A stretch of 64,000 nucleotides of DNA from NCBI GenBank assembly GCA_963667175.2, contig CAXXXF010000017.1:39044-103043 (forward strand). The letters run 5' to 3'. The position numbers and the translations under genes were made by a program. Source of the stretch: Candidatus Latescibacterota bacterium (GTDB taxonomy: Bacteria; Latescibacterota; UBA2968; GCA-2709665). This document shows, piece by piece, positions 19,731 through 29,232 of this stretch. Numbering within the stretch: the stretch's first letter is position 1; every line of letters begins with the position of its first letter. Below the pieces are notes generated by a model. That model saw nothing but the letters and a program-made list of their open reading frames with translations. It ran no database searches and was not told the DNA's origin.

Positions 19731-22700
19731 ATGCTGATGTTCGCCCTCGTGCTCGTCCTGATCCTTCTCGCACTCCGGCCGGACCCCGCCGGCGCGGACC
19801 CTGTCTTTCCGCCCGACCTGGACGATTCCGACGTGGAGCGCCTGCGCCGGAACCTCGAACCCGTAATCTCGTTGTCGGAACGCGAACTTCTGCGCCTCAT
19901 TCCCGACCGCGCGGGCATCTATTTCGTGGACTGTCCCAACTGCGACGGCGGCGCGCAGGAGGGCCAGATCGACTGGACGATCGAAGACCCGGACCGCGTC
20001 TTCTGCAAATACTGCGGCCTGAAATATCCCAACGATAGATTTCCGGATACCGAAATCCTGAGCGTCGTCAATCCCGTGGGCGAGACACAGGAGTATCCGT
20101 ACTGGGAGGACGAATCCGGGTACAGGCACTTCTTCCAGGCAAAGGGGTGGTACCTGGCGCGGGCCTGGTTCGCCGGGGCCGCCCATGACCTGGCGACGCT
20201 CTACTTTGCGACCGGAGACCGTTCCTTCGCCCGCCGCGCGGCCCTCATTCTGAACCGCTTCGCCGAGGTCTATCCCGGGTACTGCGTTCACCACGACCTG
20301 CCCTTCCGGCGGAAGATCATTTTCCCGGGCAGCCAGGGCTTTCCCTATCCAGTCCAGGATTACCGGGCTTCCAAGTGGGACTGGTGGGCCTATATGGACA
20401 TACCGGAAAACCTGATCTACGCCTACGACCTGATCCGGGACAGCGGTGAACTGGACGAAACCATGATTCGTCGCATCGAGGACGGGTTCTTCCACGCCAG
20501 CGTGGCCTTCATCCGGGGGTTCCCGCCGGCGCTCGGCAACATGGATCCCACGCTTCTGCGCGGCATGGTCGCGGCGGGTCGGGTCCTGAAGGAACCCGAC
20601 TACATTCACGACGTGGTCGACCGTATCTCGCGGCTCATCGCCGTCAACTTCCTCGTGGACGGGGTATGGCGCGAAGGCGCGATCTCGTACCACAACCAGA
20701 CCATCGGCGGGCTGCGTCAGGTGATGGAGAGACTGGACGGTTACAGCGACCCGGACGGATACGTGCATCCCGCCGACGGGGAGCGTTACGACAATCTGGA
20801 CCTGAACGCCCGTTTTCCCATCCTGACAAAGGCCGCGGGCATCCCAGCGCTTCTCTGCTATCCAAACGGCCGCGTGGTCCCCACCCACGACACCTGGGCA
20901 AAAGGACGGCGGAACGCCCCGGAATCGACGGGCCCCATGCTCCTTCCGGGCATGGGCCACGCCCGCCTGAGTACGGGCAGCGGAGACGACCGCACCCAGA
21001 CGTACCTCCACTTCTCCGGCGGATACGGCCACCAGCACGCGGATCTTCTGAGCATCACCCTCTACGCGCGCGGCCAGGAGCGCCTGAGCGACGTCGGGTA
21101 TACCCACACGCGCCACCGGTGCTGGACGATCAGCACGCTGTCGCACAACACGGTTGCCGTGGACGGCAAGGACCAGGCGTTCGGCTCCGAAAACGCGCCC
21201 TCGGACGGCAACCTCCTGCTCTTCGTCCCGCACAGCGACACGTTCCAGGCGATCGAAGCCTCGGGCGACCGCGCCTATCCGGGCGTCACGTCCACCTACC
21301 GGCGGATGCTGTTACAGATCGGCCTTTCATCGGAACAGACGTACGTCGTCGACCTGTTCCGGGTCGCGGGCGGCCGTCGTCACGAGTACATCCTGGCAGG
21401 CGACGCGGACCACGAGGGCACGATCGAAACCGACCTCTTCTCCGAGCCCCACGGCGAGACGCTGCTCCCGGCGGGCGTGACCGCCACCCTGCCCACAGGA
21501 GAGAGCGTCCAGGGCGACGCCGGGGGACACAACCTGGGATACGCGTTCATTCGCGACGTACGGCGCGCCGGAGTCACCCGGCCCTGGCGCGCTACGTTCA
21601 CCAGCCAGGCGTCCCCCGAGGGTTTGGTCCGCGTTTACAGCCTGACCGGCCCGGGCGGAGACCTCTTCACGGCCCGGGCGCCCTCCATCCGGAATGCGGA
21701 CGAGGACGACACCCGTCTGGACGCCGTCACCATGCCCATGCTGATCCATCGCCGCGAAGGCGAGAACCTCTCCACCCTCTTCAGCACCGTCCTGGAACCC
21801 AGCGGCGACCGTCCAGCCATCACAAGCGCGGAGCGTCTGGAACTGCACGGCGCCAGCGAAGAGGACGTCGCGCTCCGGATCGTTTCCGGCGACGTCACCG
21901 ACTATATCCTTTCCGCGTCGGACGAGAACCGCACGCTCGAGTTCGGCGACCTCCGCTTCCTCGGACGCGTCGGCTTCGTCAGAGTACGAGGCGGAAAAGT
22001 TGAAGAAATGATCCTCGTCGGGGGCACGCTTCTCCAGAAGGGAAACCGCAAGCTCGGCGGCCGCGGCACACGCACGGGCGCCGTCCTCAAAACACTTCGC
22101 GAGGCGGCGGGCGACGACGCGGACGGGCTCCTCATCGACACGGAACTTCCCACGGGCGTGGACCTCGCGGGCCTTACCGCCATTGTCACGGACGGCGACG
22201 GGTTCACCTACGGGCACAAGATCAAAGCCATCCATCACCCGGAAGCCGGCGGCGCTCTGCTGGAGCTGGAGGATGACCCCGGGTACGAAATCACCGCGAA
22301 GGGCGGCCGCCTCCTGTTCTTTCCGGGCCGTTCATGGACCGGCCCGGCGACGATCGAAATCCCCACCGTGGCCAGCCTGCGCATCAACGCGTCCGACGTC
22401 AACGCCACCCGGACCGGCGACTGGATCAACCTGGTCCGCAATGCGCCGTTCACGCCGCGCGATACGTCCGAAGACGTGGTGTTTCAGGACAAACTCTGGA
22501 TCAGCAACGCCTACTACCATTCCGGTATCCTCACCCGGGACCTCTGGAATTCGTCCGACGGCATCAGCTGGCATCTGGTAAGCGAAGCCACGCCCTACGA
22601 CGGCTACAGCGAAATGGTGGCCTACAAGGACAAAATGTGGGCCGTCAAGGCAAGCGTCTGGACATCGCCGGACGGCGTCGACTGGACCCGGGTGCTGGAA

Positions 22701-23276
22701 GAAACTCCCTTCGGGCCGAGGGGCTACGGCGAACTGGTGATCTACCGGGACAGGATGTGGCAGCTTGGCAGCGGCACCGACGTATGGCACACCGGCGACG
22801 GCGTCGACTGGACACGAGTCGGGTCCAAAGCCCCTTACGGCGACCGGTCCGCCGCCGCAGTGGCCGCGTACGACAACCGGCTGTGGGTGATGGGGGGCAG
22901 GATCGACGGGCGCAACGACCCGCCCGAAAAGGGTTACCCGCAATACACGACCCTGAACGACGTCTGGTGTTCGGAGGACGGCGTCAACTGGACGCGCGTA
23001 CTCGAAAACGCCCCCTGGTCGCCGCGGATGTGGTTTATTCCGAAGGTCTACGCGGGCAGACTCTGGATCATCGGCGGGTACGACAACGCCAATTCGGTGA
23101 ACCTTGGCGACGTCTGGTACACCGAAGACGGCCGGGAGTGGCACGAATTCAAACCTGATACCCGTTTTTCGCCCCGCCACGAGTCCACCTGCTACGTGTT
23201 CAAGAACAGCCTCTGGGTTGTCGCGGGCAATACATGGCCTGTCGTGAACGACGTCTGGCGGCTTACGCTTCCGTGA
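19731..23276 (+). CDS. secreted heparinase II/III-like protein fused to a C-terminal beta-propeller repeat domain
   Basis: Signal peptide MLMFALVLVLILLALRPDPAGA. GYGHQHADLLSITLY is heparinase II/III-like. There are about six repeats of SxDGxxW plus xLWvxGG. Confidence 0.6.
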   Translation: MLMFALVLVLILLALRPDPAGADPVFPPDLDDSDVERLRRNLEPVISLSERELLRLIPDRAGIYFVDCPNCDGGAQEGQIDWTIEDPDRVFCKYCGLKYPNDRFPDTEILSVVNPVGETQEYPYWEDESGYRHFFQAKGWYLARAWFAGAAHDLATLYFATGDRSFARRAALILNRFAEVYPGYCVHHDLPFRRKIIFPGSQGFPYPVQDYRASKWDWWAYMDIPENLIYAYDLIRDSGELDETMIRRIEDGFFHASVAFIRGFPPALGNMDPTLLRGMVAAGRVLKEPDYIHDVVDRISRLIAVNFLVDGVWREGAISYHNQTIGGLRQVMERLDGYSDPDGYVHPADGERYDNLDLNARFPILTKAAGIPALLCYPNGRVVPTHDTWAKGRRNAPESTGPMLLPGMGHARLSTGSGDDRTQTYLHFSGGYGHQHADLLSITLYARGQERLSDVGYTHTRHRCWTISTLSHNTVAVDGKDQAFGSENAPSDGNLLLFVPHSDTFQAIEASGDRAYPGVTSTYRRMLLQIGLSSEQTYVVDLFRVAGGRRHEYILAGDADHEGTIETDLFSEPHGETLLPAGVTATLPTGESVQGDAGGHNLGYAFIRDVRRAGVTRPWRATFTSQASPEGLVRVYSLTGPGGDLFTARAPSIRNADEDDTRLDAVTMPMLIHRREGENLSTLFSTVLEPSGDRPAITSAERLELHGASEEDVALRIVSGDVTDYILSASDENRTLEFGDLRFLGRVGFVRVRGGKVEEMILVGGTLLQKGNRKLGGRGTRTGAVLKTLREAAGDDADGLLIDTELPTGVDLAGLTAIVTDGDGFTYGHKIKAIHHPEAGGALLELEDDPGYEITAKGGRLLFFPGRSWTGPATIEIPTVASLRINASDVNATRTGDWINLVRNAPFTPRDTSEDVVFQDKLWISNAYYHSGILTRDLWNSSDGISWHLVSEATPYDGYSEMVAYKDKMWAVKASVWTSPDGVDWTRVLEETPFGPRGYGELVIYRDRMWQLGSGTDVWHTGDGVDWTRVGSKAPYGDRSAAAVAAYDNRLWVMGGRIDGRNDPPEKGYPQYTTLNDVWCSEDGVNWTRVLENAPWSPRMWFIPKVYAGRLWIIGGYDNANSVNLGDVWYTEDGREWHEFKPDTRFSPRHESTCYVFKNSLWVVAGNTWPVVNDVWRLTLP

Positions 23277-23340
23277 CGTGTGGATGCGCCGTTCCGGCAT
23301 CGAACGGGTATCGCATGGAAAAGGATACGAGGCCGTAACC

Positions 23341-23775
23341 ATGTCTCGCGTCAAACTTGAACTCCCCGGGACCTTCAACTACGCCACCGACGTCCGGCTT
23401 CGCGTTTCCGACATCAACTACGGCGGGCACATGGACAACAATGCCGTCCTGTCGCTCGTCCACGAGGCCAGGGTACGTTTTCTCGAGAGCCACGGATTCA
23501 CCGAACTGGACGTGGACGGGGTGGGCATCATCATGGTCGACGCCGTCATCCAGTACAAGTCCGAAGCGTTCTACGGCCAGACCCTGACCTTTCAGGTCGC
23601 CGTGGACGGCATGACCCGCATCGGATGCGACATCTATTACCGCATAACCGACCGGGACACCGGCATCGAAGTCGCCCGGGCGAAAACCGGGATCGCCTTC
23701 CTGGATTACGCCACCCGGAAACCGAAACGGATGCCCGCGGGATTCCGGAACCTGTTCGCGGCCGAGGAATCTTGA
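23341..23775 (+). CDS. hotdog-fold acyl-CoA thioesterase (4HBT/YbgC-like)
   Basis: VRLRVSDINYGGHMDNNAVLSLVHEARVRFL...IIMVDAVIQYKSEAFYGQ. Confidence 0.7.
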   Translation: MSRVKLELPGTFNYATDVRLRVSDINYGGHMDNNAVLSLVHEARVRFLESHGFTELDVDGVGIIMVDAVIQYKSEAFYGQTLTFQVAVDGMTRIGCDIYYRITDRDTGIEVARAKTGIAFLDYATRKPKRMPAGFRNLFAAEES

Positions 23776-23800
23776 CAAGGTCAAGGCGGTTTTATATATT
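23772..23800 (+). promoter_or_regulatory. sigma70 consensus-like promoter TTGACA-N17-TATATT for tRNA-Leu
   Basis: Hexamers at 23772-23777 and 23795-23800, about 45 nt upstream of the tRNA 5' end. Confidence 0.6.
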
Positions 23801-23845
23801 TCCTTTCCGGTCTGCGGGTTCCGGCTCCAGGCCCATGGCTCATGT

Positions 23846-23933
23846 GCCGAAGTGGTGGAACTGGTAGACGCGCTGCGTTCAGGGCGCAGTGAGCCTTGTG
23901 CTCGTGGGGGTTCGAATCCCCCCTTCGGCACCA
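23846..23933 (+). tRNA. tRNA-Leu (anticodon CAG), long variable arm, encoded CCA
   Basis: Acceptor GCCGAAG/CTTCGGC. Anticodon stem CTGCG/CGCAG with loop TTCAGGG. T arm GGGGG-TTCGAAT-CCCCC. 3' ACCA. Confidence 0.97.
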
Positions 23934-23939
23934 AAAAAC

Positions 23940-23973
23940 AACGGGTTACGTCGAATTGACGTAACCCGTTTTT
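23940..23973 (+). terminator. intrinsic terminator (13-bp perfect stem, bidirectional A/T flanks)
   Basis: AACGGGTTACGTC-GAATT-GACGTAACCCGTT followed by TTT. Confidence 0.85.
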
Positions 23974-24082
23974 GTACTGTTGGGATACAGGAATAATCGG
24001 CTTTCAGCTTTGCGTGGAAGTTACGCCTCATGAGTCCGGGGTGTTACCTGCCTCCACGGTGCGGTGTCTTTCCGGTAGACCC

Positions 24083-25441
24083 ATGGAAAAACCGTCAACA
24101 GACGCCCGGTTGGTCGCCACAGTGCGTTCGGGCGACCTCGCCGCTTTCGAGACCCTGGTGAAGCGCCACGGAAATCGCCTCTTCCGCCAGGCGCTGGGTT
24201 ACCTGCACGCCGACGAAGACGCACGGGATGCGCTTCAGGAGGCATTCCTGAGAGCATTTATGCGGCTGGATGCGCTGGAGGATCCCTCCCGTTTTCTACC
24301 ATGGGTCGGCCGGATCCTTCGGAACCTCTGCCTGAACAGGCTGAGGCAGGTTCGACGGCGGCTGGCCATGAACGAATCGGCCGGCACGGCGACGGAACCG
24401 AAACCACATCGTGACGAACCGGTTCTTCGCAACGAGGCAATACAGGAACTGCTCGCGTGCCTTCCGGGCGCCAGCGTACGGGCATTCACGCTGCACTATC
24501 TCGAGGGATATACCATCCGGGACGTGGCCCTTCGGGTGGGATCGACCCAGGGGGCTGTAAAACAGCGCCTCTATCGGGCGCGCAGGCAGCTTCAAAAGGA
24601 GGTCTTCCGCATGGCACGGGACGAAAGGAGCAGGAACGACCTGCCCGACGGGTTCGTCGCGCAGACCATCGCCCGTCTCCTGGAGCAGGGACGGACGGAT
24701 CGTTTGTACTTGAGGACCGATGCGGCTCGGGCCCGGTTCAGGGAAGCGCTGGAAGTATGCCCCGACCATCCCGCGGCGATGATGGAACTGGGCCGTACCG
24801 GCGACCCGTTCGATGGACCAACCGAGGAAGAAGCGGCAACGCTGCAAAGAGCCGCAAAGGCGCGGCCGGATTCGATCGAGGTTGCGATGGCGCTCGCTGC
24901 CGCGCGGCGGCACGACGCAGACGCGCAGGCACGCGCGGTTGACAACTGCATCGTGCTGTGCGATGCCCGGCTCTCGCATGCTCCGGATGACATCGTCGCG
25001 CTTACCGCGAAAGCGCAGATGTTCCTGTGGAAGCGGGACTTCGAAGCAATGGAGGCGGTTGCGCGGCGAGCGGCCGGAAACGCCCCCGACAACCAGGAGT
25101 GTCTCAACTACCTGGCACTGTCGCTTGCGCGGCAGAAACGATGGGCCGAGGCCTATCCGCTATATGAGCGGGTGTACAGACTGGACAAAAAGACCGTCTG
25201 GGCGTACGTCGCACTCAGGCAGATGGGTACGTATCTGGCATTTCACCTGGGAGATTGGAAACGGGCCGTGGGCATACAGGAAAAGGTATGGGCGCTTGCA
25301 CGCAGACCCAACGAAGCCGGCAACCTGATCTATTATTACGGCCGTGCCGGGATGATGCAAAAGGCCGAAGCGCTGTTCCGCGAGGTCGGGGACCACCGTC
25401 ATCCGCCGAGAGTCTACGAAATCCTGGGGAGTAACGGTTGA
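24083..25441 (+). CDS. ECF-type sigma-70 factor fused to a C-terminal TPR-like domain
   Basis: Sigma regions 2 and 4 (FETLVKRHGNRLFRQALGYL..., DVALRVGSTQGAVKQRLYRARRQL) are followed by about 270 aa of helical repeats. Confidence 0.75.
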   Translation: MEKPSTDARLVATVRSGDLAAFETLVKRHGNRLFRQALGYLHADEDARDALQEAFLRAFMRLDALEDPSRFLPWVGRILRNLCLNRLRQVRRRLAMNESAGTATEPKPHRDEPVLRNEAIQELLACLPGASVRAFTLHYLEGYTIRDVALRVGSTQGAVKQRLYRARRQLQKEVFRMARDERSRNDLPDGFVAQTIARLLEQGRTDRLYLRTDAARARFREALEVCPDHPAAMMELGRTGDPFDGPTEEEAATLQRAAKARPDSIEVAMALAAARRHDADAQARAVDNCIVLCDARLSHAPDDIVALTAKAQMFLWKRDFEAMEAVARRAAGNAPDNQECLNYLALSLARQKRWAEAYPLYERVYRLDKKTVWAYVALRQMGTYLAFHLGDWKRAVGIQEKVWALARRPNEAGNLIYYYGRAGMMQKAEALFREVGDHRHPPRVYEILGSNG

Positions 25442-25484
25442 GTTATCCGCGTTGGCGGCAGGATTCCGCGGCCTCGTTCGGCGT

Positions 25485-27170
25485 TTACGATTGCGTTCCG
25501 GCGATATCGATGTTGACCTCAAAGGCGCTAACCGGTACGGATATGCCCCAGTTCTCCAGGACCTCGGGATGGATTTCGCCGATGATGCCGAAGCCATTCC
25601 CGTCCAACCTGATTTCGCCCGCCCGCCCCGGCAGAAACGTGGGGTGCTCGGACGGCGTGAGGCTGTAGTCGAATCCGAGGTAGTAAGCCAGTGCTTCCAG
25701 GTGGCTCTGAATCCCCGAGAGAGTGGCGTCGGCGTGGGCCTCCAGCGCCGCCAGGCAGATTTCGGTACGGGTGCCGTAGAGCTCGTCCCGCGCGATGACG
25801 CAGACTTCGCCCACCTCGAAGATATGATGGGGATACGGGGCTTTCCGGCTCGCGGCTTCCACGCGGAGAAGCCCGGGCAGCAGGGCGTTCCGAACCGCGC
25901 TGTAATTCTCGGACATGGGGTTGGAGATCTCGACAATCCTCGCGCCGGTGTCGCAAACGCGCTCCGTCAGGTCGGCGCGCGAGGATAGAATTGGCAGGAA
26001 GACTTCCTGGAACCCGCATCCGACCATCAGGCCGCGGATGCGGTCGGAGAGGTCCTCCTCGGGCGCGGACTTGCCGACGGTGAAATCGTGCGGCAATTCG
26101 GGTTCGAAGTTGTCGAAGCCCACGGCCACGATCACGTCTTCGATGAGGTCCACGGGATGGAGGATATCGTCCCGGTACGGCGCCGGCCGGGCCCGGACGC
26201 GGTTGCGGTCGAGCGCGACGTCCCGGTACCCCATGGCGGCCAGGGCGCGTTCGATGCTTCCGTTGTCGATGGCGCCGCCGATCACGCGCCGGAGGTCGTC
26301 CAGGTCGACTTCGACGGTTTCGGTCATATCCAGAGGGCACCGGATCTCGCGCCCGCGCGGCGTATCATAAGGATAGATGGTGTTTACGGGCAGGATACGG
26401 CCTCCCCGGTCGGCCATGTTGGCGGCCATGATGGCAACGGAAAGCAGCACGGCGTCGAGTTCGGTTCCGGTGGCCTCGCAGAAGAGAAACGAATCGCCGA
26501 CCTCCACCGCGCCCGGGTCCCGGCTGTTGATCACGGGAGGCATGGAGAGGACCTCGCCCCGGCTGTCGGAGATGAGGGGAAAGGCGCCGAAGCCCTCCAG
26601 CAGGTGCGCGTACGTCCGGCCCGTGGGGTGTTCGCTCAGGATATCCCGAAGGGTCAGCCCGGTCTCCATCCCCAGCGGCACAAATCGGGTCGCATCCGGA
26701 TCGGCCGCGTCGTAGCGGACGGGAAAGGCGAGGTCGGAAGCGTCGTAGATGCCGATGGCCACGGCGCTTCGACCGCGCCCGTAGCCTTCCGCCAGTTTTT
26801 CCTGGGCCTCGATGAGCTGCTCGAGGGCCGCTTCGTCCACCGAGACCCCTTCGCAGGCGAAGGCGGCGACGTAGGGACGAAGGCCTTCCAGCGCGGGATC
26901 CACGCGCACTTCAAGTTCCCCCGGCGGGTCATCGAAAAACCCATAGGGTTCGTGCACGCCCTCTCGATGACCCTTGAGCAGCCGGGCGACGCCCTCCGAC
27001 GACCACAGGTCCGGCCGATTGGTATCCTTCAACTGGATCCTCAACAGGGCGCCGTCTTCGACCTTGACCTCGGCTTTGACGGCCTCGAGGGCGCGTTCGA
27101 GCTCGGGAAGGTCGTAGGTCTGACCCGCGAGCCGTTCGAGGTCTTCCCTGATCACGGTGATGGTGGGCAT
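25485..27170 (-). CDS. pheT: phenylalanine--tRNA ligase beta subunit, short archaeal/eukaryal type (561 aa)
   Basis: MPTITVIREDLERL...IQLKDTNRPDLWSSEGVARLLKG. The length and architecture are unlike the roughly 800-aa bacterial PheT. It is adjacent to pheS. Confidence 0.9.
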   Translation of the reverse strand: MPTITVIREDLERLAGQTYDLPELERALEAVKAEVKVEDGALLRIQLKDTNRPDLWSSEGVARLLKGHREGVHEPYGFFDDPPGELEVRVDPALEGLRPYVAAFACEGVSVDEAALEQLIEAQEKLAEGYGRGRSAVAIGIYDASDLAFPVRYDAADPDATRFVPLGMETGLTLRDILSEHPTGRTYAHLLEGFGAFPLISDSRGEVLSMPPVINSRDPGAVEVGDSFLFCEATGTELDAVLLSVAIMAANMADRGGRILPVNTIYPYDTPRGREIRCPLDMTETVEVDLDDLRRVIGGAIDNGSIERALAAMGYRDVALDRNRVRARPAPYRDDILHPVDLIEDVIVAVGFDNFEPELPHDFTVGKSAPEEDLSDRIRGLMVGCGFQEVFLPILSSRADLTERVCDTGARIVEISNPMSENYSAVRNALLPGLLRVEAASRKAPYPHHIFEVGEVCVIARDELYGTRTEICLAALEAHADATLSGIQSHLEALAYYLGFDYSLTPSEHPTFLPGRAGEIRLDGNGFGIIGEIHPEVLENWGISVPVSAFEVNIDIAGTQS

Positions 27171-27225
27171 GCGTGCTCCTTGATGCCTACGCGCGGGATG
27201 CGCGCGAATTCCGTTTCCCGGCGCG

Positions 27226-28812
27226 TCAGGTCGCGGCCGGCCTGTTTTCTCTTTCGTTCCGGATCCGGTCCAGGTCCGTGCTGAACAGATCGCGGATGTC
27301 GTCTATGTCCAGGGCGACCATCGCCATCCGGTCGATGCCCAGACCCCATGCGATGACCGGAACCTCGACGCCCAGCGGGCGCGTGAGTTCGGGCCGGAAC
27401 AGGCCGGCGCCGCCGAATTCGATCCAGCCCAGCGACGGGTGCCTGGCCTGGAGCTCGACCGAGGGCTCGGTGAACGGGAAATAATCCGGCACAAACCGGC
27501 ATTCGTCCGACTGCGCGATCTCCAGCGCAAACAGCTTCAGCAGGCCCAGCAGACTCCGGAAATTGATGCCCTCACCCAGGACGATCCCCTCCACCTGGAA
27601 GAAGTCGGCGGCGTGGGTGGCGTCGACGTCGTCGTACCGGAAGCATCGCGCAACCGCGAAATACTTCCCCGGGACGTTCGGTCCGGAAGCAAGCGTACGG
27701 CCCGACAGCGCGGTACCCTGGCTGCGCAGGATGAGGCGGCGCGCGCGGGCCGGACTGAATTCGTACCGCCAGCCTCGGGAGCCCGTGTCGCCGCCGTCGG
27801 CGTGGGCGGCGGCCACGTTGGAGAAGAAAGGTTCTTCGGGCGCATTCGAACGGATGGGCTCCTTGACGTAATAGGCGTCATGGATATTTCGCGCCGCGTG
27901 AAACTGCGGCATGAACAGAGCATCCATATTCCAGAATTCGGTTTCCACCAGCGGGCCCTTCATTTCCTCGAACCCGAGAGACAGCAGTTTGCGCCGGACA
28001 CCGTCGAGATAGGCGCGGTACGGGTGCAGGCGGCCGATGAGAATACGCGGGGGCTTGATGCTGATGTCGTACCGCCGGAACGAGACGTCTCTCCAGTCGC
28101 CCGACTGCAACATCTCCGGCGTGAGGCGGGAGACCTCGTCGCCCGTCAGCCCGGATTCCAGAATGCGCTCCAGCGTACCCCTACCGGCCGGCGTAAGCCT
28201 GTACGTGCGTTCCAGGCGTTCGTCCACTCGGATGGCGGCCTTGCCCTTGCCACGTTTGCTCGTTCTTTCCAGGATATAGGACTGAATCTCTTCGGTAAAG
28301 TCGTCGAGATTCAGCGCGGCACCGTCGCCGGCCTCCCGAAAGCGCCCGAACAGCCCCGGCACGAGCCTTTCGGTATAGAAGGCGGCTCTGTCGGGATCCG
28401 CGATGCGGATGGCGGCGCCGTCCTGCCTGATTGTGCCTTCGGCCTTCAGCCCGCCGTATGCGCTGCCCCATTCTCCGCGGTCGAAGCGGGTATCCGCCTG
28501 GAGGTGCTTCAACGTGGGCGCCGGCTCTTTATTGGCGCGCAGCAAAAGCGCGGCCTCCGGCGTCGCACCGATGCCGGCCAGGGCGACCCCCGATTCCGTG
28601 AGGCTGACGGTCGAGACCGTGGCTTCACCGGCGACGTCGAGGAGACCCTTGGAACGCAGCCATTCCAGGGCGCGCCGGACCTGTCCGGAACCGATGCCCG
28701 CGGCTTCGGGCAGGACGGCGTCGGTCAGTTCGTGTTCCTCGCCGGACTCGAAGGCGCGCAGCGTCTTGATTTCGAGGGCGTGAAGGGACGACAGGTCGAT
28801 CGTTGGATCCAC
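27226..28812 (-). CDS. pheS: phenylalanine--tRNA ligase alpha subunit, long archaeal/eukaryal type (528 aa), GTG start
   Basis: About 200 aa of N-terminal helical/winged-helix-like extension. Class II core FFQVEGIVLGEG...FPFTEPSVEL...GAGLFRPEL...AWGLGIDRMAMV. Confidence 0.9.
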   Translation of the reverse strand: MDPTIDLSSLHALEIKTLRAFESGEEHELTDAVLPEAAGIGSGQVRRALEWLRSKGLLDVAGEATVSTVSLTESGVALAGIGATPEAALLLRANKEPAPTLKHLQADTRFDRGEWGSAYGGLKAEGTIRQDGAAIRIADPDRAAFYTERLVPGLFGRFREAGDGAALNLDDFTEEIQSYILERTSKRGKGKAAIRVDERLERTYRLTPAGRGTLERILESGLTGDEVSRLTPEMLQSGDWRDVSFRRYDISIKPPRILIGRLHPYRAYLDGVRRKLLSLGFEEMKGPLVETEFWNMDALFMPQFHAARNIHDAYYVKEPIRSNAPEEPFFSNVAAAHADGGDTGSRGWRYEFSPARARRLILRSQGTALSGRTLASGPNVPGKYFAVARCFRYDDVDATHAADFFQVEGIVLGEGINFRSLLGLLKLFALEIAQSDECRFVPDYFPFTEPSVELQARHPSLGWIEFGGAGLFRPELTRPLGVEVPVIAWGLGIDRMAMVALDIDDIRDLFSTDLDRIRNERENRPAAT

Positions 28813-28884
28813 GTGATTGCTCCCTGGAATCGGTGCTCGAGATCGGCCGAAGACGATGCGGCCGGACGTCCGGGCCGCGGATAT

Positions 28885-29200
28885 AAAAAAAACCTTCCAT
28901 CCCCATAGGGACGAAAGGACGTGACGTCTTCCGCGGTACCACCCTATTTGCGCCCTTCAGGCGCCGCTTGACAGGCGGCCGTTACCGCCCCTCCCTGTTG
29001 TCGGCGGGAGACACCGGCGCCGCCTAGTAACGGTTGCCGGTTTCCTTTTTTCTAACCTGCACTGCAGCCGGCAATCGCATTCAGCGTTGCAGCTCGAGAG
29101 GGAACTTCGGCCGTTCATGCCGCGAGGGCGCTTTCAGTCCGGGGCGCCCCCTCCCTTTCCGGTTGGGGACGGCTTACTTTCCTCCGTCATCGCTTTGGGT
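28885..29200 (-). promoter_or_regulatory. T-box riboswitch leader (candidate Phe specifier UUC) with terminator/antiterminator, upstream of pheS
   Basis: Minus strand: GCGATGA...GGAAAGTA at the Stem I base, then CCGTTA. The T-box core AAATAGGGTGGTACCGCGG lies at 28931-28949. The terminator CCTTTCGTCCC-TATG-GGGATGGAAGG plus T8 lies at 28885-28918. TAGGG/CCCTA antiterminator pairing shares a strand with the terminator. Confidence 0.85.
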
Positions 29201-29203
29201 GAG

Positions 29204-29232
29204 AACATAGGATTTTGACCATCATCTGTCAA
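29204..29232 (-). promoter_or_regulatory. sigma70 consensus-like promoter TTGACA-N17-TATGTT driving the T-box leader
   Basis: Minus-strand hexamers at 29232-29227 and 29209-29204, immediately upstream of the leader. Confidence 0.6.

Noticed and set aside
23846-23933. tRNA-Leu as an island integration site.
   Set aside because: It is flanked on both sides by ordinary high-GC core genes, has its own promoter and terminator, and lies 17 kb from the island boundary. No direct repeat of its 3' end was seen.
29102-29107. Alternative T-box specifier GUU (Val) if the codon directly follows the GAA of CCGAAGUUCCC.
   Set aside because: The downstream genes are pheS-pheT, and the UGGU T-box bulge fits a discriminator A, so UUC (Phe) is favoured. 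This needs a proper Stem I fold, and the nucleotide after UUC is C, not the usual purine.
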